A DNA stretch of 64,000 nt from an uncultured delta proteobacterium (GTDB lineage Bacteria; Desulfobacterota; Syntrophorhabdia; Syntrophorhabdales; WCHB1-27): the NCBI GenBank assembly GCA_963816715.1, contig CAWFMJ010000015.1, forward strand, positions 290,108-354,107. The letters run 5' to 3'. This document shows positions 35,225 to 44,756 of this stretch, piece by piece. The notes beneath the pieces are model-generated. The model was not told where the DNA came from and did no database searches. It saw only the letters and a program-made list of their open reading frames with translations. The stretch's first letter is position 1, and each line of letters starts with the position of its first letter. Position numbers and translations under genes: made by a program.

Positions 35225-35500
35225 TTAGGTCATCCGGTATCGTACACCGCGCCCGTTCTTCGGGTAGCGCCACTCCAGGGCGTTCGATTCGCAGACGACG
35301 AGGCAGGTCCCGCACTCGAGGCACGCCTCATAGGCGAAGTCTATGCGCTCCTTCCCTTCGTTCCACTCGTAGCAGCGGGCCGGGCAGACAAAGGTGCACG
35401 CCCGGTGGCTGCATTGCCGGCACGTCTCGTTGTTGACGCGGATGTGGGCCTCGCCGTCGACGTCGTAGCTCACCAGCTCAAAAATGTTGTCGGTGATCAT
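35225..35500 (-). CDS. fixX: FixX-type ferredoxin-like protein.
   Basis: Two Cys clusters: 'CRQCSHRACTFVCPARCY' and 'CLECGTCLVVCE'. It is 91 aa and sits between fixC and etfB. Confidence 0.75.
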   Translation of the reverse strand: MITDNIFELVSYDVDGEAHIRVNNETCRQCSHRACTFVCPARCYEWNEGKERIDFAYEACLECGTCLVVCESNALEWRYPKNGRGVRYRMT

Positions 35501-36786
35501 AGGAGCGATCTCCCGCCTTTCAGCGCGTCGAGGAGGAGGCGGGCCGGCTGGTCGGCGCTCCGCGCCGCATCCCAGACGGTCCGGCCGAAGCCCTTTTTCG
35601 GCGTGCCGTCCGACCGGTAGAGTTCCTCCAGCACGGCGCCAACCAGGCGCGGGTAAACGGAAAAGAGCCGGTCTTCGTGCATGAGGTCCGCCGATCTCCT
35701 GAAGGTCTTCATATCTTTGAGGACAAAGCTCTCTTTCAGCCTGGCCTCGTATCCGGAGAGCTGCCTGGCCGAGAAGTCGCCTTTTTCAAAGGCTTCGACG
35801 GCTGTTTCACCGGCAAGAAAGCCTGAAGTAACGGCGAGGTTCATCCCTTCCTGATTGAGCCCGTTGGTATAGCACAGACCGGCCGCGTCGCCCGCGAGAA
35901 GCAGACCCGCCATGGAGAGCCGAGGCACGGCGTCGTAGCCCCCCTCCGGCAGCAGGTGAGCGGAATACTCGACAAGGCGCGCTCCTTTGAGCAGCTTTGC
36001 GACAGGTGCCTGCGCGACAAACCGCTCGAAAAGATTGTAGGGCGCAATCCCCCGCTCTTTAAGGGAATCGAGGTGACAAACGAGGCCCGCCGACAGGGTT
36101 TCTGTCTGGGTGTAGATAAAGCCCCCGCCCCGCACGCCTTCCGTGCAGCCGAGGAACTCGTGACTGGCCCCCTGACGCCGTACGAGATTGAACCGCTCGT
36201 TGATCGCCTCTTCGGAAAGGCGGAAAAGCGCCTTGACGCCGAGCGCCATGTCTGCCGCCAATGCCCGCGGGACCAGACCGATCTGCTTCGCCGTGAGGGA
36301 GAGGACTCCGTCGCAGGCGATAACCAGGGGCGAACCGATTTCCTTTCCGTTTACCCGCACGCCCTGCACCCGCTCGCCGCTGACCAGCAGCTCTTCCGCA
36401 AGCGCTCGGGCAACGGGGCGCACGCCGGCTTTTTGCGCCGCTTGGGCGAACCAGCGGTCGAAGATCGGGCGATAGAGGGTGCAGCCGTTATAGGGAGGAT
36501 GATCGAACTCCGCGGATTCGAAGACAACAGAGGCGGCCGACGCGTCCGAAAGGACGGTCAGGGTTCTTTTTACCACGTGCCGCTCCCAGGGCGCCTCTTC
36601 CCAAAAACGGGGAACGAGCTCTTCGATGACCGGAGAGCGGGGGAACATGCCGCCGAACATGTTCTTCGAACCCGGCGTCGCCCCGCGCTCGACCAGCAAC
36701 ACCGCGAGTCCCTTCCGGGCTGCCGTCAACGCCGCTGCAGCCCCGGCAGGGCCGGCGCCGACCACGATGACGTCATACTTCTTCAT
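35497..36786 (-). CDS. fixC: FixC-type FAD-dependent oxidoreductase (ETF:quinone oxidoreductase-like).
   Basis: 'MKKYDVIVVGAGPAGAAAALTAARKGLAVLLVERG' is an FAD Rossmann motif. It is 429 aa and overlaps its neighbours. Confidence 0.8.
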   Translation of the reverse strand: MKKYDVIVVGAGPAGAAAALTAARKGLAVLLVERGATPGSKNMFGGMFPRSPVIEELVPRFWEEAPWERHVVKRTLTVLSDASAASVVFESAEFDHPPYNGCTLYRPIFDRWFAQAAQKAGVRPVARALAEELLVSGERVQGVRVNGKEIGSPLVIACDGVLSLTAKQIGLVPRALAADMALGVKALFRLSEEAINERFNLVRRQGASHEFLGCTEGVRGGGFIYTQTETLSAGLVCHLDSLKERGIAPYNLFERFVAQAPVAKLLKGARLVEYSAHLLPEGGYDAVPRLSMAGLLLAGDAAGLCYTNGLNQEGMNLAVTSGFLAGETAVEAFEKGDFSARQLSGYEARLKESFVLKDMKTFRRSADLMHEDRLFSVYPRLVGAVLEELYRSDGTPKKGFGRTVWDAARSADQPARLLLDALKGGRSLL

Positions 36787-37774
36787 GATCTTCCCTGTAG
36801 CGCTTGATCCGCTCGATCAGCTTAGGCAGCAAGGAGCGCACGTCCCCCACGAAACCGGCGTCGGAGAAGCCGAACACCGGCGCCTTCGGGTCTCTGTTGA
36901 CGGAGAGCACCTCTTTGGCGTCCTGAATGCCCGCGACATGATGGGGCGAGCCGGAGATCCCCAGGGCGAGGTAGAGATCGGGGGCGACCGTCTTGCCCGT
37001 CTGCCCGACCATCCGCACCTTTGGGACCAGCCCATCGTCAACAACGGGCCGGGTGGCTGCCGTGGCGGCGGCGAGGAGATCGGCCAGCTCTTCCGCGAGG
37101 GCAAGACTTTCCTCGGAGCCTGCGCCGATGCCGATCAAGGTCTTTGCATAAAGAATATCGACCGTTCGATAATCGGCCGGAATCGTCTCCAGGGGCTCGG
37201 TGGCGCGAAGGCTTGCGGGAACATCGACGGAGAGATCGACAATACTCAAAGACGGCGCAGTAGCTGCTGCTTTCCGTGGGTAGAGGCCGTCCGTCCTGAT
37301 GGAGGCGATCTGGGGCACATCCACGGCATAGGATATTTCCTGTCCGAGCTGGCCGCCGTAAACGAGGCGCGCGTAAACGATGCGCCCCTCTTCCACGCGC
37401 AGATCGACGCAATCCATTGCGGCGGCGCTGTCGAGCAGCCAGGCGAGCCTCGGGGCAAGCTCGCTTCCCCGATCGGTATGGGCGAACAGGAGAAGCCGAA
37501 AGGGCATCGTTTTGAGGACTTCCGCCGCGGCCCAGGCAAAGGTCTCGCCGGCGTACCGGGAAAGGCGGCTGCCGCCGACCCGGATCAACCGGGAGGCGCC
37601 GTATCCCTCGATGGTCTCCGGCGCCGGCGCGGGGCTTCCGACGCTCAGGGCGCTTAAGGACCCGCCGGTGAGACGGGCGATCCTCGCCCCCTCGGCGACG
37701 AGCCCCTTATTGATTTCATCGCCCTTTTCTCCGGAAGGCTCGAGGAAGACGACAATGCCGGGCATGCCGCTCAT
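36773..37774 (-). CDS. etfA: Electron transfer flavoprotein alpha subunit (EtfA/FixB).
   Basis: 'PDLYLALGISGSPHHVAGIQDAKEVLSVNRDPKAPVFGFSDAGFVGDV' is the EtfA FAD-binding signature. Confidence 0.8.
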   Translation of the reverse strand: MSGMPGIVVFLEPSGEKGDEINKGLVAEGARIARLTGGSLSALSVGSPAPAPETIEGYGASRLIRVGGSRLSRYAGETFAWAAAEVLKTMPFRLLLFAHTDRGSELAPRLAWLLDSAAAMDCVDLRVEEGRIVYARLVYGGQLGQEISYAVDVPQIASIRTDGLYPRKAAATAPSLSIVDLSVDVPASLRATEPLETIPADYRTVDILYAKTLIGIGAGSEESLALAEELADLLAAATAATRPVVDDGLVPKVRMVGQTGKTVAPDLYLALGISGSPHHVAGIQDAKEVLSVNRDPKAPVFGFSDAGFVGDVRSLLPKLIERIKRYREDHEEV

Positions 37775-39720
37775 ACCCGCCTGCCTGCCGTGTAGCCTTC
37801 ATGGATGGCCATGTCCGCCTTCCGGGGGGCAACGCAATCTCCCGCCCGGTAGAGCTCCTTGACTTTCCCCTTCAGGGCAAAATAAAGTCCGTCGTCCACC
37901 ACGTTGCCCATGGCCGCCACGACGCTGTCGCAGGGGAAGACGGCTGATTCGTTCGAATAGACGTTGATGCCGAAGACCTCGTTCTCGCGAATCTCGAGGA
38001 CATAAAAATCCGTCGTGAATGTCACGCCTTTTTTCAGGAGCCTTTGCTTCATGAGGGTGATGTCCTGGGTAGGGCCGAGGTCGCCGCCGACAAAGAACGC
38101 CGTAGTTGTCACGTGAACTTTTTTGCCGAGGTCGGCCAGGTATTCGATGGCGCTCGTCGCCCGGTGGCCGCCGTCGTCGTCGATGAAGAGGATTCTCTCA
38201 CCCAGCTCCGCCTCTCCTTTCAATACCTGGGGAACGGTGCAGGCCCTCTCGCCGCCGGGTATGGCGGGCCGCAACGGCTGCGAGCCGGTGGCGACGATGA
38301 CGGCGTCGGGGTTTTGCTCCAGCACGAATTCGGGCGTCACGGTCTGGCCGAGTACGGTTCGTATGCCGAGGGCTTGCAGTTGGTTCCTCTCGTTCCGGAT
38401 GATAGCGCCGAACTCTTCCCTGCCCGTCCCTTTCATGGCAAGGACAATTTGGCCGCCCAAGGCTTCTTCCCGCTCGTAGAGCGTCACATCGTGGCCCCGC
38501 AGATGAGCGATCTTCGCCGCCCACATGCCCGCCGGGCCGCCGCCGATCACCATCACCCGCTTTCTCCACAGCGATTTCGGCAGACGCAGCTCGTCTTCAT
38601 CCTTCTCCCTGCCGACAAGCGGGTTCTGGACGCACCCTATCGACCGGTTGAAGGCAATCCGGCCGTAGCAGTTTTGATTGCAGGCCACGCAGAAGCGTAT
38701 CTCTTCGAGTTTTCCTTCCCGTGCCTTGAGGGCCATATTGGGGTCGCAGATCTGGGCCCGCACCATGCCGATCATGTCTGCCTGCCCGTTCGCCAGGACC
38801 TTCTCCGCAAGGAGCGGATCGTTGATGCGTCCTGTTGCAAAGACGGGAAGCCGGACCGCCTCCTTGATGGCCGCGGCGAGAGGCACGGCGTATCCTAGGG
38901 GCATGTGCATGCTGCCGCCGACGAGGTAGAGGTTATGAAAGGTGGAAAGGGTGAGGTCGATGAAATCGATTTCTCCCGTTCCTTCCAGTCGTCGCGCGAT
39001 CTCTTTGGCGTCATTGAGGGTGATGCCGCCCCAGGAGGTCATTTCATCGGCGCAAAGGCGCACGCCGAGGGTGAAATCACGACCTATTGTCCTTCGAACG
39101 GCGGCGACCAGCTCCAGGGGAAAACGCATCCGTTTCTCGAAAGTCCCGCCATAGTCGTCGGAACGCAGGTTGGTGAGGTCGGACATGAACTGCCGGGCAA
39201 GGGAGCTATGGCCGAACTGGAGCTCAATGCCGTCAAAGCCGCCTTCCCGTACGTTGAGGGCCGAGCTGCAAAAATAGTCGATCACCTCCGCTATGTCTTC
39301 AATCTCCATGGCTTTCGGCGTTTCCCGGTAGATGGGGTCGGGTATTGCCGACGGCGCCCACACGGGCAGCCTGGACAGGGCGCCGCTGCATTGCCCCCCG
39401 TTGTGGTTCAACTGGGCGAAGATCTTTGTCTCGTATTCATGGACCTGCCGCGTGATCCTCTTGTAGCCCGGCAGAACTTCGGGCCTGAAGGCTTCGATGA
39501 GCTTCTCGTAGGCCCGGTCCGTCGGATGGACCGACTGTTCCTCCGTGATGATCAGCCCCGCCCCGCCCTTCGCCCTTGCCCCGTAATAAAAGGCGTGGCG
39601 CTCCGAAGGGACGCATTCTTCCGCGAAACTCGTGAGGTGGGCGGAAAAGGAGATGCGGTTCGGGACCCCGGTCCTGCCGATCCTCAAGGGCGAAAAAAGA
39701 TAGTTAAACTGTCCTGGCAT
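37771..39720 (-). CDS. Old-yellow-enzyme family flavoenzyme. It has an FMN TIM barrel plus a C-terminal FAD/NAD(P)-binding domain and is 2,4-dienoyl-CoA/enoate reductase-like.
   Basis: The start is at ATG 39720 (RBS AGGGAG). The OYE N-terminus is 'FSPLRIGRTGVPNRISFSAH...GGAGLIITEEQSVHP'. The C-terminal Rossmann motif is 'VMVIGGGPAGMWAAK'. Confidence 0.75.
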   Translation of the reverse strand: MPGQFNYLFSPLRIGRTGVPNRISFSAHLTSFAEECVPSERHAFYYGARAKGGAGLIITEEQSVHPTDRAYEKLIEAFRPEVLPGYKRITRQVHEYETKIFAQLNHNGGQCSGALSRLPVWAPSAIPDPIYRETPKAMEIEDIAEVIDYFCSSALNVREGGFDGIELQFGHSSLARQFMSDLTNLRSDDYGGTFEKRMRFPLELVAAVRRTIGRDFTLGVRLCADEMTSWGGITLNDAKEIARRLEGTGEIDFIDLTLSTFHNLYLVGGSMHMPLGYAVPLAAAIKEAVRLPVFATGRINDPLLAEKVLANGQADMIGMVRAQICDPNMALKAREGKLEEIRFCVACNQNCYGRIAFNRSIGCVQNPLVGREKDEDELRLPKSLWRKRVMVIGGGPAGMWAAKIAHLRGHDVTLYEREEALGGQIVLAMKGTGREEFGAIIRNERNQLQALGIRTVLGQTVTPEFVLEQNPDAVIVATGSQPLRPAIPGGERACTVPQVLKGEAELGERILFIDDDGGHRATSAIEYLADLGKKVHVTTTAFFVGGDLGPTQDITLMKQRLLKKGVTFTTDFYVLEIRENEVFGINVYSNESAVFPCDSVVAAMGNVVDDGLYFALKGKVKELYRAGDCVAPRKADMAIHEGYTAGRRV

Positions 39721-41059
39721 AGTCGTCGGCTCCCTGGCTTGGTTGATGCCGTACGTCCTCAGGCGTTGCGACGAGACATTCCGGGTCCGGCGTTTCAAGC
39801 GACTGGGTCAAAAAGTGCGCTACCGCCGGGCAGCCCCCGTGGCAGAGGTCGAACCGGACGCATCCCTCGCAGGATTTCTTGCGGACATTCCGGACCGAGT
39901 GAAAGACTGTGGCGTCGCGCCAGATGGATTCGAGCGGCTCGGCGCCGACGTTTCCCGCGCGGAAGGCCGCTTCCTGGAGGAATGCGCAGGGATAGAGGCC
40001 GCCGTCGGGCGCCACGCTGCAGGTCATCCGTGCGGCGCCGCACATAGTAAGGCCCAACGCGCGCCGGTCTTCCCGGGTAATGGAAAAGAAAGAGTCGCCC
40101 GTGAGCACTTCTTTCCGGGCGCTCAGAAAGTCTGAAAGGCCCTCCAGTTGAGCCGCATTCAGCCGAAGCTCGTGCCACGCCCTCTTGGCGGCGCCCGAAG
40201 GACGGAACCGGGAAAGTCGCGTCTTCATTCCGTATCCGGCGCCGAGGCTGCAAATCTCCGGTATCTCGTGGAAGTTGAGACCGGTCACGACGGTGTTGGT
40301 GCTCACTCCCGGGATCGTGTGTCGGCTGAGAAGTTGGATGCCCGCCATGATCTTCTCGAAGGTCCCTTCACCCCTCAGCCGGTCGTTGGTCGCCGCCGAC
40401 GCCCCGTCAAGGCTGACCTGAAGGTAGAGCAGGTCCATCCGCTTCAGCCGCTCCACGAGCGCGTCGTCGAGCGTCGTGCCGTTGGTGCTCACGCACGTGG
40501 TGATCTCTTTTTTGTGGGCGTATTCGAGGATATCGAGAAAATCAGGACGCAGGAAAGGCTCCCCGCCGCCGAAGTTGATCTGAAAAACCCCCAGGGAATG
40601 AAGATGATCGATAAAACGGCAGCACTGATCGAAGTCGAGTTCCGGGCCCGCGTGGTCGCCGATGTCGGCGGAGAGGCAGTGGCGGCAGCGGAGATTGCAA
40701 CGGCTCGTGATTTCCCAGGTGACGTTTACCGGCGCTCGAAGCGGTTCGCCGTAGGCGTGTCGCTCTTTTGTGCCGGACGGCGACCGGCCCGCGCGGGAAA
40801 CAGCGTTGTGGCGAATGTCTTCGTCAGGCAGAGAGACCGGCGCGAGAAGACTCCTCGCCATAAGGGCCCTGAGGACGGAATTAGCGTTGCCCGGTTCGCT
40901 GGCAAGCCGTAGGGCGTTCCGCCCATTTCGGGCGGTGCAGAGCAAATCCGGGCGCCTCACGAAGGTGAGCATGCCGTCGCTGCTCTTGTAGAAAAGGAGG
41001 CCGAACCCTTCCTCTCTCACTCTGACGCCCGGAAGAAGATAATAGATGCTCTCTCCCAT
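39704..41059 (-). CDS. mftC: Radical SAM/SPASM peptide-modifying enzyme. It looks MftC-like and carries an N-terminal MftB/PqqD-like peptide-recognition (RRE) domain.
   Basis: The rSAM motif is 'SRCNLRCRHC'. The SPASM cysteines are 'CGAARMTCSVAPDGGLYPCAF...CEGCVRFDLCHGGCPA'. The N-terminus 'YYLLPGVRVREEGFGLLFYKSSDGMLTFVRRPDLL' matches the PqqD/MftB-type RRE pattern. It lies 28 nt downstream of an MftA-like peptide gene. Confidence 0.7.
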   Translation of the reverse strand: MGESIYYLLPGVRVREEGFGLLFYKSSDGMLTFVRRPDLLCTARNGRNALRLASEPGNANSVLRALMARSLLAPVSLPDEDIRHNAVSRAGRSPSGTKERHAYGEPLRAPVNVTWEITSRCNLRCRHCLSADIGDHAGPELDFDQCCRFIDHLHSLGVFQINFGGGEPFLRPDFLDILEYAHKKEITTCVSTNGTTLDDALVERLKRMDLLYLQVSLDGASAATNDRLRGEGTFEKIMAGIQLLSRHTIPGVSTNTVVTGLNFHEIPEICSLGAGYGMKTRLSRFRPSGAAKRAWHELRLNAAQLEGLSDFLSARKEVLTGDSFFSITREDRRALGLTMCGAARMTCSVAPDGGLYPCAFLQEAAFRAGNVGAEPLESIWRDATVFHSVRNVRKKSCEGCVRFDLCHGGCPAVAHFLTQSLETPDPECLVATPEDVRHQPSQGADDYARTV

Positions 41060-41087
41060 CAGCGTCCTTTCCTGCCTGTTCGTCTGC

Positions 41088-41210
41088 TCAGTACACGCCG
41101 CAAATGCCGTCGACCGTTAGGTCCTCGATCTCTATTTCTTCGAGGATGTCGGTAATTTCGCTGTCCGATGCCGCTTCCGTGGTCGCAGGCGTTTTCCCTT
41201 CCCGATTCAT
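41088..41210 (-). CDS. mftA: Mycofactocin-precursor-like peptide (40 aa) ending ...VDGICGVY.
   Basis: The ATG is preceded by 'AAAGGGGG' at 9 nt. The peptide is 'MNREGKTPATTEAASDSEITDILEEIEIEDLTVDGICGVY'. Its acidic leader and C-terminal DGxCGVY match the MftA signature. The longer ORF to 41270 starts at a GTG with no RBS. Confidence 0.65.
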   Translation of the reverse strand: MNREGKTPATTEAASDSEITDILEEIEIEDLTVDGICGVY

Positions 41211-41356
41211 CGCGCATTGCCCCCTTTGTCCGTTAGATCGCTGCTCGTTCTCTCCACTATTTGTTTCCACTATATTGATACAAGCCCCGTGTCCCCGTCA
41301 AGCAAAATGACAAACCCGGAAGTTGCGCGCTCTCGCCGGAAGGCCCGGCGGACGCG

Positions 41357-42577
41357 TTAGTCGTCGCTCTTTCTGACCCCGGTCGGCCGCCAGGCAGGAG
41401 AGATCACGCGCTGCCCCCTTTCCTGCTCCAGCGCTGCCGCGTGCGTCACTGTCTGTTCCCCGAACTTGTCGTTGACCGCGTCGACCGCCTTCGTGAGCGC
41501 GGTCTTTCGGTCTTTGTCGGGCTCCGGGAAAAGCGGAAGCGAGCAGCCCTCCTGAGAAAGGGATGAAAGGGAGACGCCGAGGAGCCTCACGCTCTTTCTC
41601 AGCCGAATTCCATCGATGATGCTGACGGCCGCACGGTAGATATCGCTCGTATCGCTGGTCGCCGCCGGCAGCGTCGTCTGTTTCGTGAAGGTCGTGAAAT
41701 CGGTATACCTCACCGTGAGCGTAACCCTTTTGCCTCCATACTCGTAGCGCCTTGCCCGTCTGCCCACCCGTTCGCTCAAACGGAGGAGACAGCTCTCGAT
41801 CTCTTCCCGTTTCCAGATGTCCTTCGGGAGGGTTACGCTGTGGCCGATCGATTTCGGACCCGCGGAAGAAGTCTCGAGGGGACGTTCCATGACGCCCGCG
41901 CCCATGGCTTTGAGCTGTTCGCCCAGAAGGCCGAACCGCTTCACGAGAAGCGACAGGGGCGCCCTGCCCAGTTCTCCGCACGTGGCGATGCCCATTGTCC
42001 GAAGCTTCTGCTCGGTATGGGGTCCGATGCCCCAAAGTTTCTTGACGGGTAGGTTCTCCAGGACGGCCGGAGCGCCAGACTCGTCGATCCAACGCAGCCC
42101 ATCCGGCTTGGCCAGGTCGCTGGCGAGTTTGGCCACGAGGATATTCGGCCCCATGCCTACTGTACAGGTGAGCCGCAGCTCGTCAGCCACGGCGGTCTTG
42201 ATGCGGCGGCTCAACTCGAGGGGTCCACCGAAGAGGTGGTGCGAGCGGGTAATGTCGAGAAAGACTTCGTCGATCGAGTAGATCTCGATGTCGGGGCTGA
42301 ACCGCAGGCAGACCTGTTCCAACTGCTTGCAGGCCTCCGCATACTTCCTGTTGTTCCCGATCACGAAGATGAGCTGAGGGCAAAGTTTTTTTGCCTCCCG
42401 GCCGGTCATGCCCGTTTTCACGCCGTACGAGCGGGCCTCGTAGGAAGAAGTCGTGATGACCGTTCTCTCTCCTGCCCCCGTAACCGCAATGGGTTTGCCC
42501 CTGAGGGCAGGGTTGTCCCGCTGTTCCACTGAGGCGAAGAACGCGTCCATGTCGACGCAAACAATGATCTTTGCCAT
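41357..42577 (-). CDS. dinB: DNA polymerase IV (Y-family translesion polymerase).
   Basis: 'MAKIIVCVDMDAFFASVEQRDNPALRGKPIAV' is the canonical DinB N-terminus. 406 aa. Confidence 0.85.
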   Translation of the reverse strand: MAKIIVCVDMDAFFASVEQRDNPALRGKPIAVTGAGERTVITTSSYEARSYGVKTGMTGREAKKLCPQLIFVIGNNRKYAEACKQLEQVCLRFSPDIEIYSIDEVFLDITRSHHLFGGPLELSRRIKTAVADELRLTCTVGMGPNILVAKLASDLAKPDGLRWIDESGAPAVLENLPVKKLWGIGPHTEQKLRTMGIATCGELGRAPLSLLVKRFGLLGEQLKAMGAGVMERPLETSSAGPKSIGHSVTLPKDIWKREEIESCLLRLSERVGRRARRYEYGGKRVTLTVRYTDFTTFTKQTTLPAATSDTSDIYRAAVSIIDGIRLRKSVRLLGVSLSSLSQEGCSLPLFPEPDKDRKTALTKAVDAVNDKFGEQTVTHAAALEQERGQRVISPAWRPTGVRKSDD

Positions 42578-42622
42578 TCCCGATATTTTACCGGGAATTG
42601 CCGTTCATGGCAAGGTGGGGCG

Positions 42623-43399
42623 CTATTTGCCCAACACTATGCCCGTCGGGTCGATTTCCTCCCGCAATATCTTCAGATACTCCGCCGGGGGCGTGGGGCT
42701 CGTTGCTGCTTTGCCGGGCACGATGATCTCGAAGCCGCTGTTCTCTTTCATCGATTCGAGGGTTTCGCCGGGATGGAGCGAGATGAGCTCGACCGTTTTG
42801 AGTTCTGAATGGAAACCGTAGATGCCGATCTGGGTGACGACGCGGTATGGTCCCGTGCCTCTGGGGAGCCCTGCGCGCTCGCGGGCGCCGGGGCCGTCGA
42901 GATAGCCGGCGGTGGTGAGAAAGTCTACCTTGTTGACGAAGGTCTGCTTCGACTGCTTCGCCGCGATGATAATGAGCTTCTCGGAAAAGGAGGCGACGTC
43001 CGGCGCGCCCCCCGATCCCGGCAGCCTCGTCCTGGGGTGTTCATGATCGCCGATGACCGTCGTGTTGATGTTCCCGTAGCAGTCCATTTGGGCAGCGCCG
43101 AGAAAACCGTAATCAATGTAGCCCGCCTGGGCCATTGACATAATGTCGTGCATTGAAGAGGCCAACACCGCCTTATGGAAAGTCCGTCCCTCTCCCACTG
43201 AAATGGGCAGCTCCGGTATGTAGGGACCTACGCCGCCCGCCTCGAAAGCGATGAGGAGATTCGGCGCGTGGGTCTTCTGGGCGAGCACCGCCGCGATGAT
43301 AGGCAGTCCCGTGCCGACAAAAACCGATTTCTTGTCTTCGAGCATCAGCGAACCCAGGTAGGCCAGGTATTCGCGTATATTGTAACCGTTGTTCGTCAT
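42623..43399 (-). CDS. gctB: CoA-transferase subunit B (glutaconate CoA-transferase GctB-like).
   Basis: The true start is 'MTNNGYNIREYLAYLG'. The long upstream ORF extension overlaps gctA and is Arg-rich junk. It has family-I CoA-transferase B-subunit motifs. Confidence 0.7.
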   Translation of the reverse strand: MTNNGYNIREYLAYLGSLMLEDKKSVFVGTGLPIIAAVLAQKTHAPNLLIAFEAGGVGPYIPELPISVGEGRTFHKAVLASSMHDIMSMAQAGYIDYGFLGAAQMDCYGNINTTVIGDHEHPRTRLPGSGGAPDVASFSEKLIIIAAKQSKQTFVNKVDFLTTAGYLDGPGARERAGLPRGTGPYRVVTQIGIYGFHSELKTVELISLHPGETLESMKENSGFEIIVPGKAATSPTPPAEYLKILREEIDPTGIVLGK

Positions 43400-43446
43400 A
43401 GCGCATCCCCCTCGATTTCTCTGTTCCGTCGTTCTCTGATGACGCC

Positions 43447-44457
43447 TTATTTTCTCCACGGCGCTATCATGGGCTCTCGCATGAACTCCCGGCGCTTGAG
43501 ATAGTTGAGCTGCTTGACGCCGCCGCAGAGCTCCAGGTACTCGTCGAAGTCGTGGACGCCGAAAACATACTTTTGGAGGTACGCCTGAACTCCCTCCGCG
43601 GTCTTTGCGAGCCCGAGCCACTCCGATATGTGCTCTTCGTCGTAATAGTACCTGCCGGGCATCTGGCAGGGATGGCTGCCATAAGGCGCCTCGACGACTG
43701 CATCGACGCAGAAGAAGGGGATGACCGTTTTCCACGGCTCCTCGCGGATCGCGTCGCTGCTCACGATCTCTTCCGTCGTGATGATGAGCCTCCTCGCACA
43801 CCGGGAAAGCTCGAAGTCTTCGACCGTGCTGCCGTCTATCTGGGCGTTCCCGTAGATATCGCAGCGATGGACGTGAATGAAGGCGCAGTCCGGATAGGCG
43901 GCCGGAATGAGGACGATCGGCTTGCCCGTAAAAGGGTCCGTGGCGGTCTTGAAACAACTGTGCTTCAGAGTGTCCGTGCCCATCAGCGTGCGGGCGGGGA
44001 TGAAGGGAATGCCCATCATGCCCGCGAGGAACCGCCATTGATAGGCCGCATTGCTGATCTCGGCGGCGATCTTGCATTCTCCCGATTCCACCATTCGCTT
44101 TCCGGCCGGAGAAAGACCCCTCAGTTCGTGGCCGAAGGAGTAAGCGGGCTCGACCTTGTTGACGCAGCCCGAACCGATGAGGACGTCGAGGTCGTGCACG
44201 GCGGTTTTGCCCGCCATAGCGAGGTCGCGCTTCTTCTGCCTGATGATCTCGTAAATGATCGCCATGGAGACCCGGACGTGGCCGAACCCCCCGCTCGCGA
44301 TGTACTCCCCGTCATGGACGAACTGCTCGACAGCCTCCTTGGCGGTCATGAGCTTGCTCTTCAACTCGCGGGATTTGTTGTTCTTGACCCATTCCCTGGC
44401 TTCGTCGGGGTCGTGCCAGCCGATCATCTGGCCGAGACCTTCGTCTAAGATTTCCAT
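43447..44457 (-). CDS. gctA: CoA-transferase subunit A (glutaconate CoA-transferase GctA-like).
   Basis: 'MEILDEGLGQMIGWHDPDEAREWVKNNKSRELKSKLMTAKEAVEQFVHDGEYIASGGFG'. It is 336 aa and paired with the B subunit. Confidence 0.7.
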   Translation of the reverse strand: MEILDEGLGQMIGWHDPDEAREWVKNNKSRELKSKLMTAKEAVEQFVHDGEYIASGGFGHVRVSMAIIYEIIRQKKRDLAMAGKTAVHDLDVLIGSGCVNKVEPAYSFGHELRGLSPAGKRMVESGECKIAAEISNAAYQWRFLAGMMGIPFIPARTLMGTDTLKHSCFKTATDPFTGKPIVLIPAAYPDCAFIHVHRCDIYGNAQIDGSTVEDFELSRCARRLIITTEEIVSSDAIREEPWKTVIPFFCVDAVVEAPYGSHPCQMPGRYYYDEEHISEWLGLAKTAEGVQAYLQKYVFGVHDFDEYLELCGGVKQLNYLKRREFMREPMIAPWRK

Positions 44458-44756
44458 TCTGTTCCCCCCTTCATCACGGTATGTTCAGAGTAATGTCTAT
44501 TGCACGGATCCATCGTTAGCGGCGGGATAGAAAAAGCAATCCACGGAGGACGGGCGTTCACAGGGGTTGGGATAGTTGGCAATCCTTTTATGACGGCGCT
44601 TGTTGACGAACCGCGTTGCGTTGGCGCCGGCGGTTCTCTCCGGCGATGATCGCCGAAGGGCGTGCTTCCTCATAACTCCCCCCTCTTTTTCGTTCCCCCC
44701 ACGCGTTGTTTCTTTGTTCTCCTCCTTAGGGCATCGCTTCCCTTCCTCTCCTCTGT

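Noticed and set aside
41211-41270. A longer 60-aa version of the MftA-like peptide starting at a GTG at 41270.
   Set aside because: There is no RBS before the GTG. The internal ATG at 41210 has an AAAGGGGG Shine-Dalgarno at ideal spacing and gives a 40-aa product of typical MftA size.
43400-44077. The 226-aa N-terminal extension of the gctB ORF (ORF track 42623-44077).
   Set aside because: The extension overlaps gctA out of frame and is His/Arg-rich nonsense. The conserved CoA-transferase B sequence begins at the internal Met (43399).
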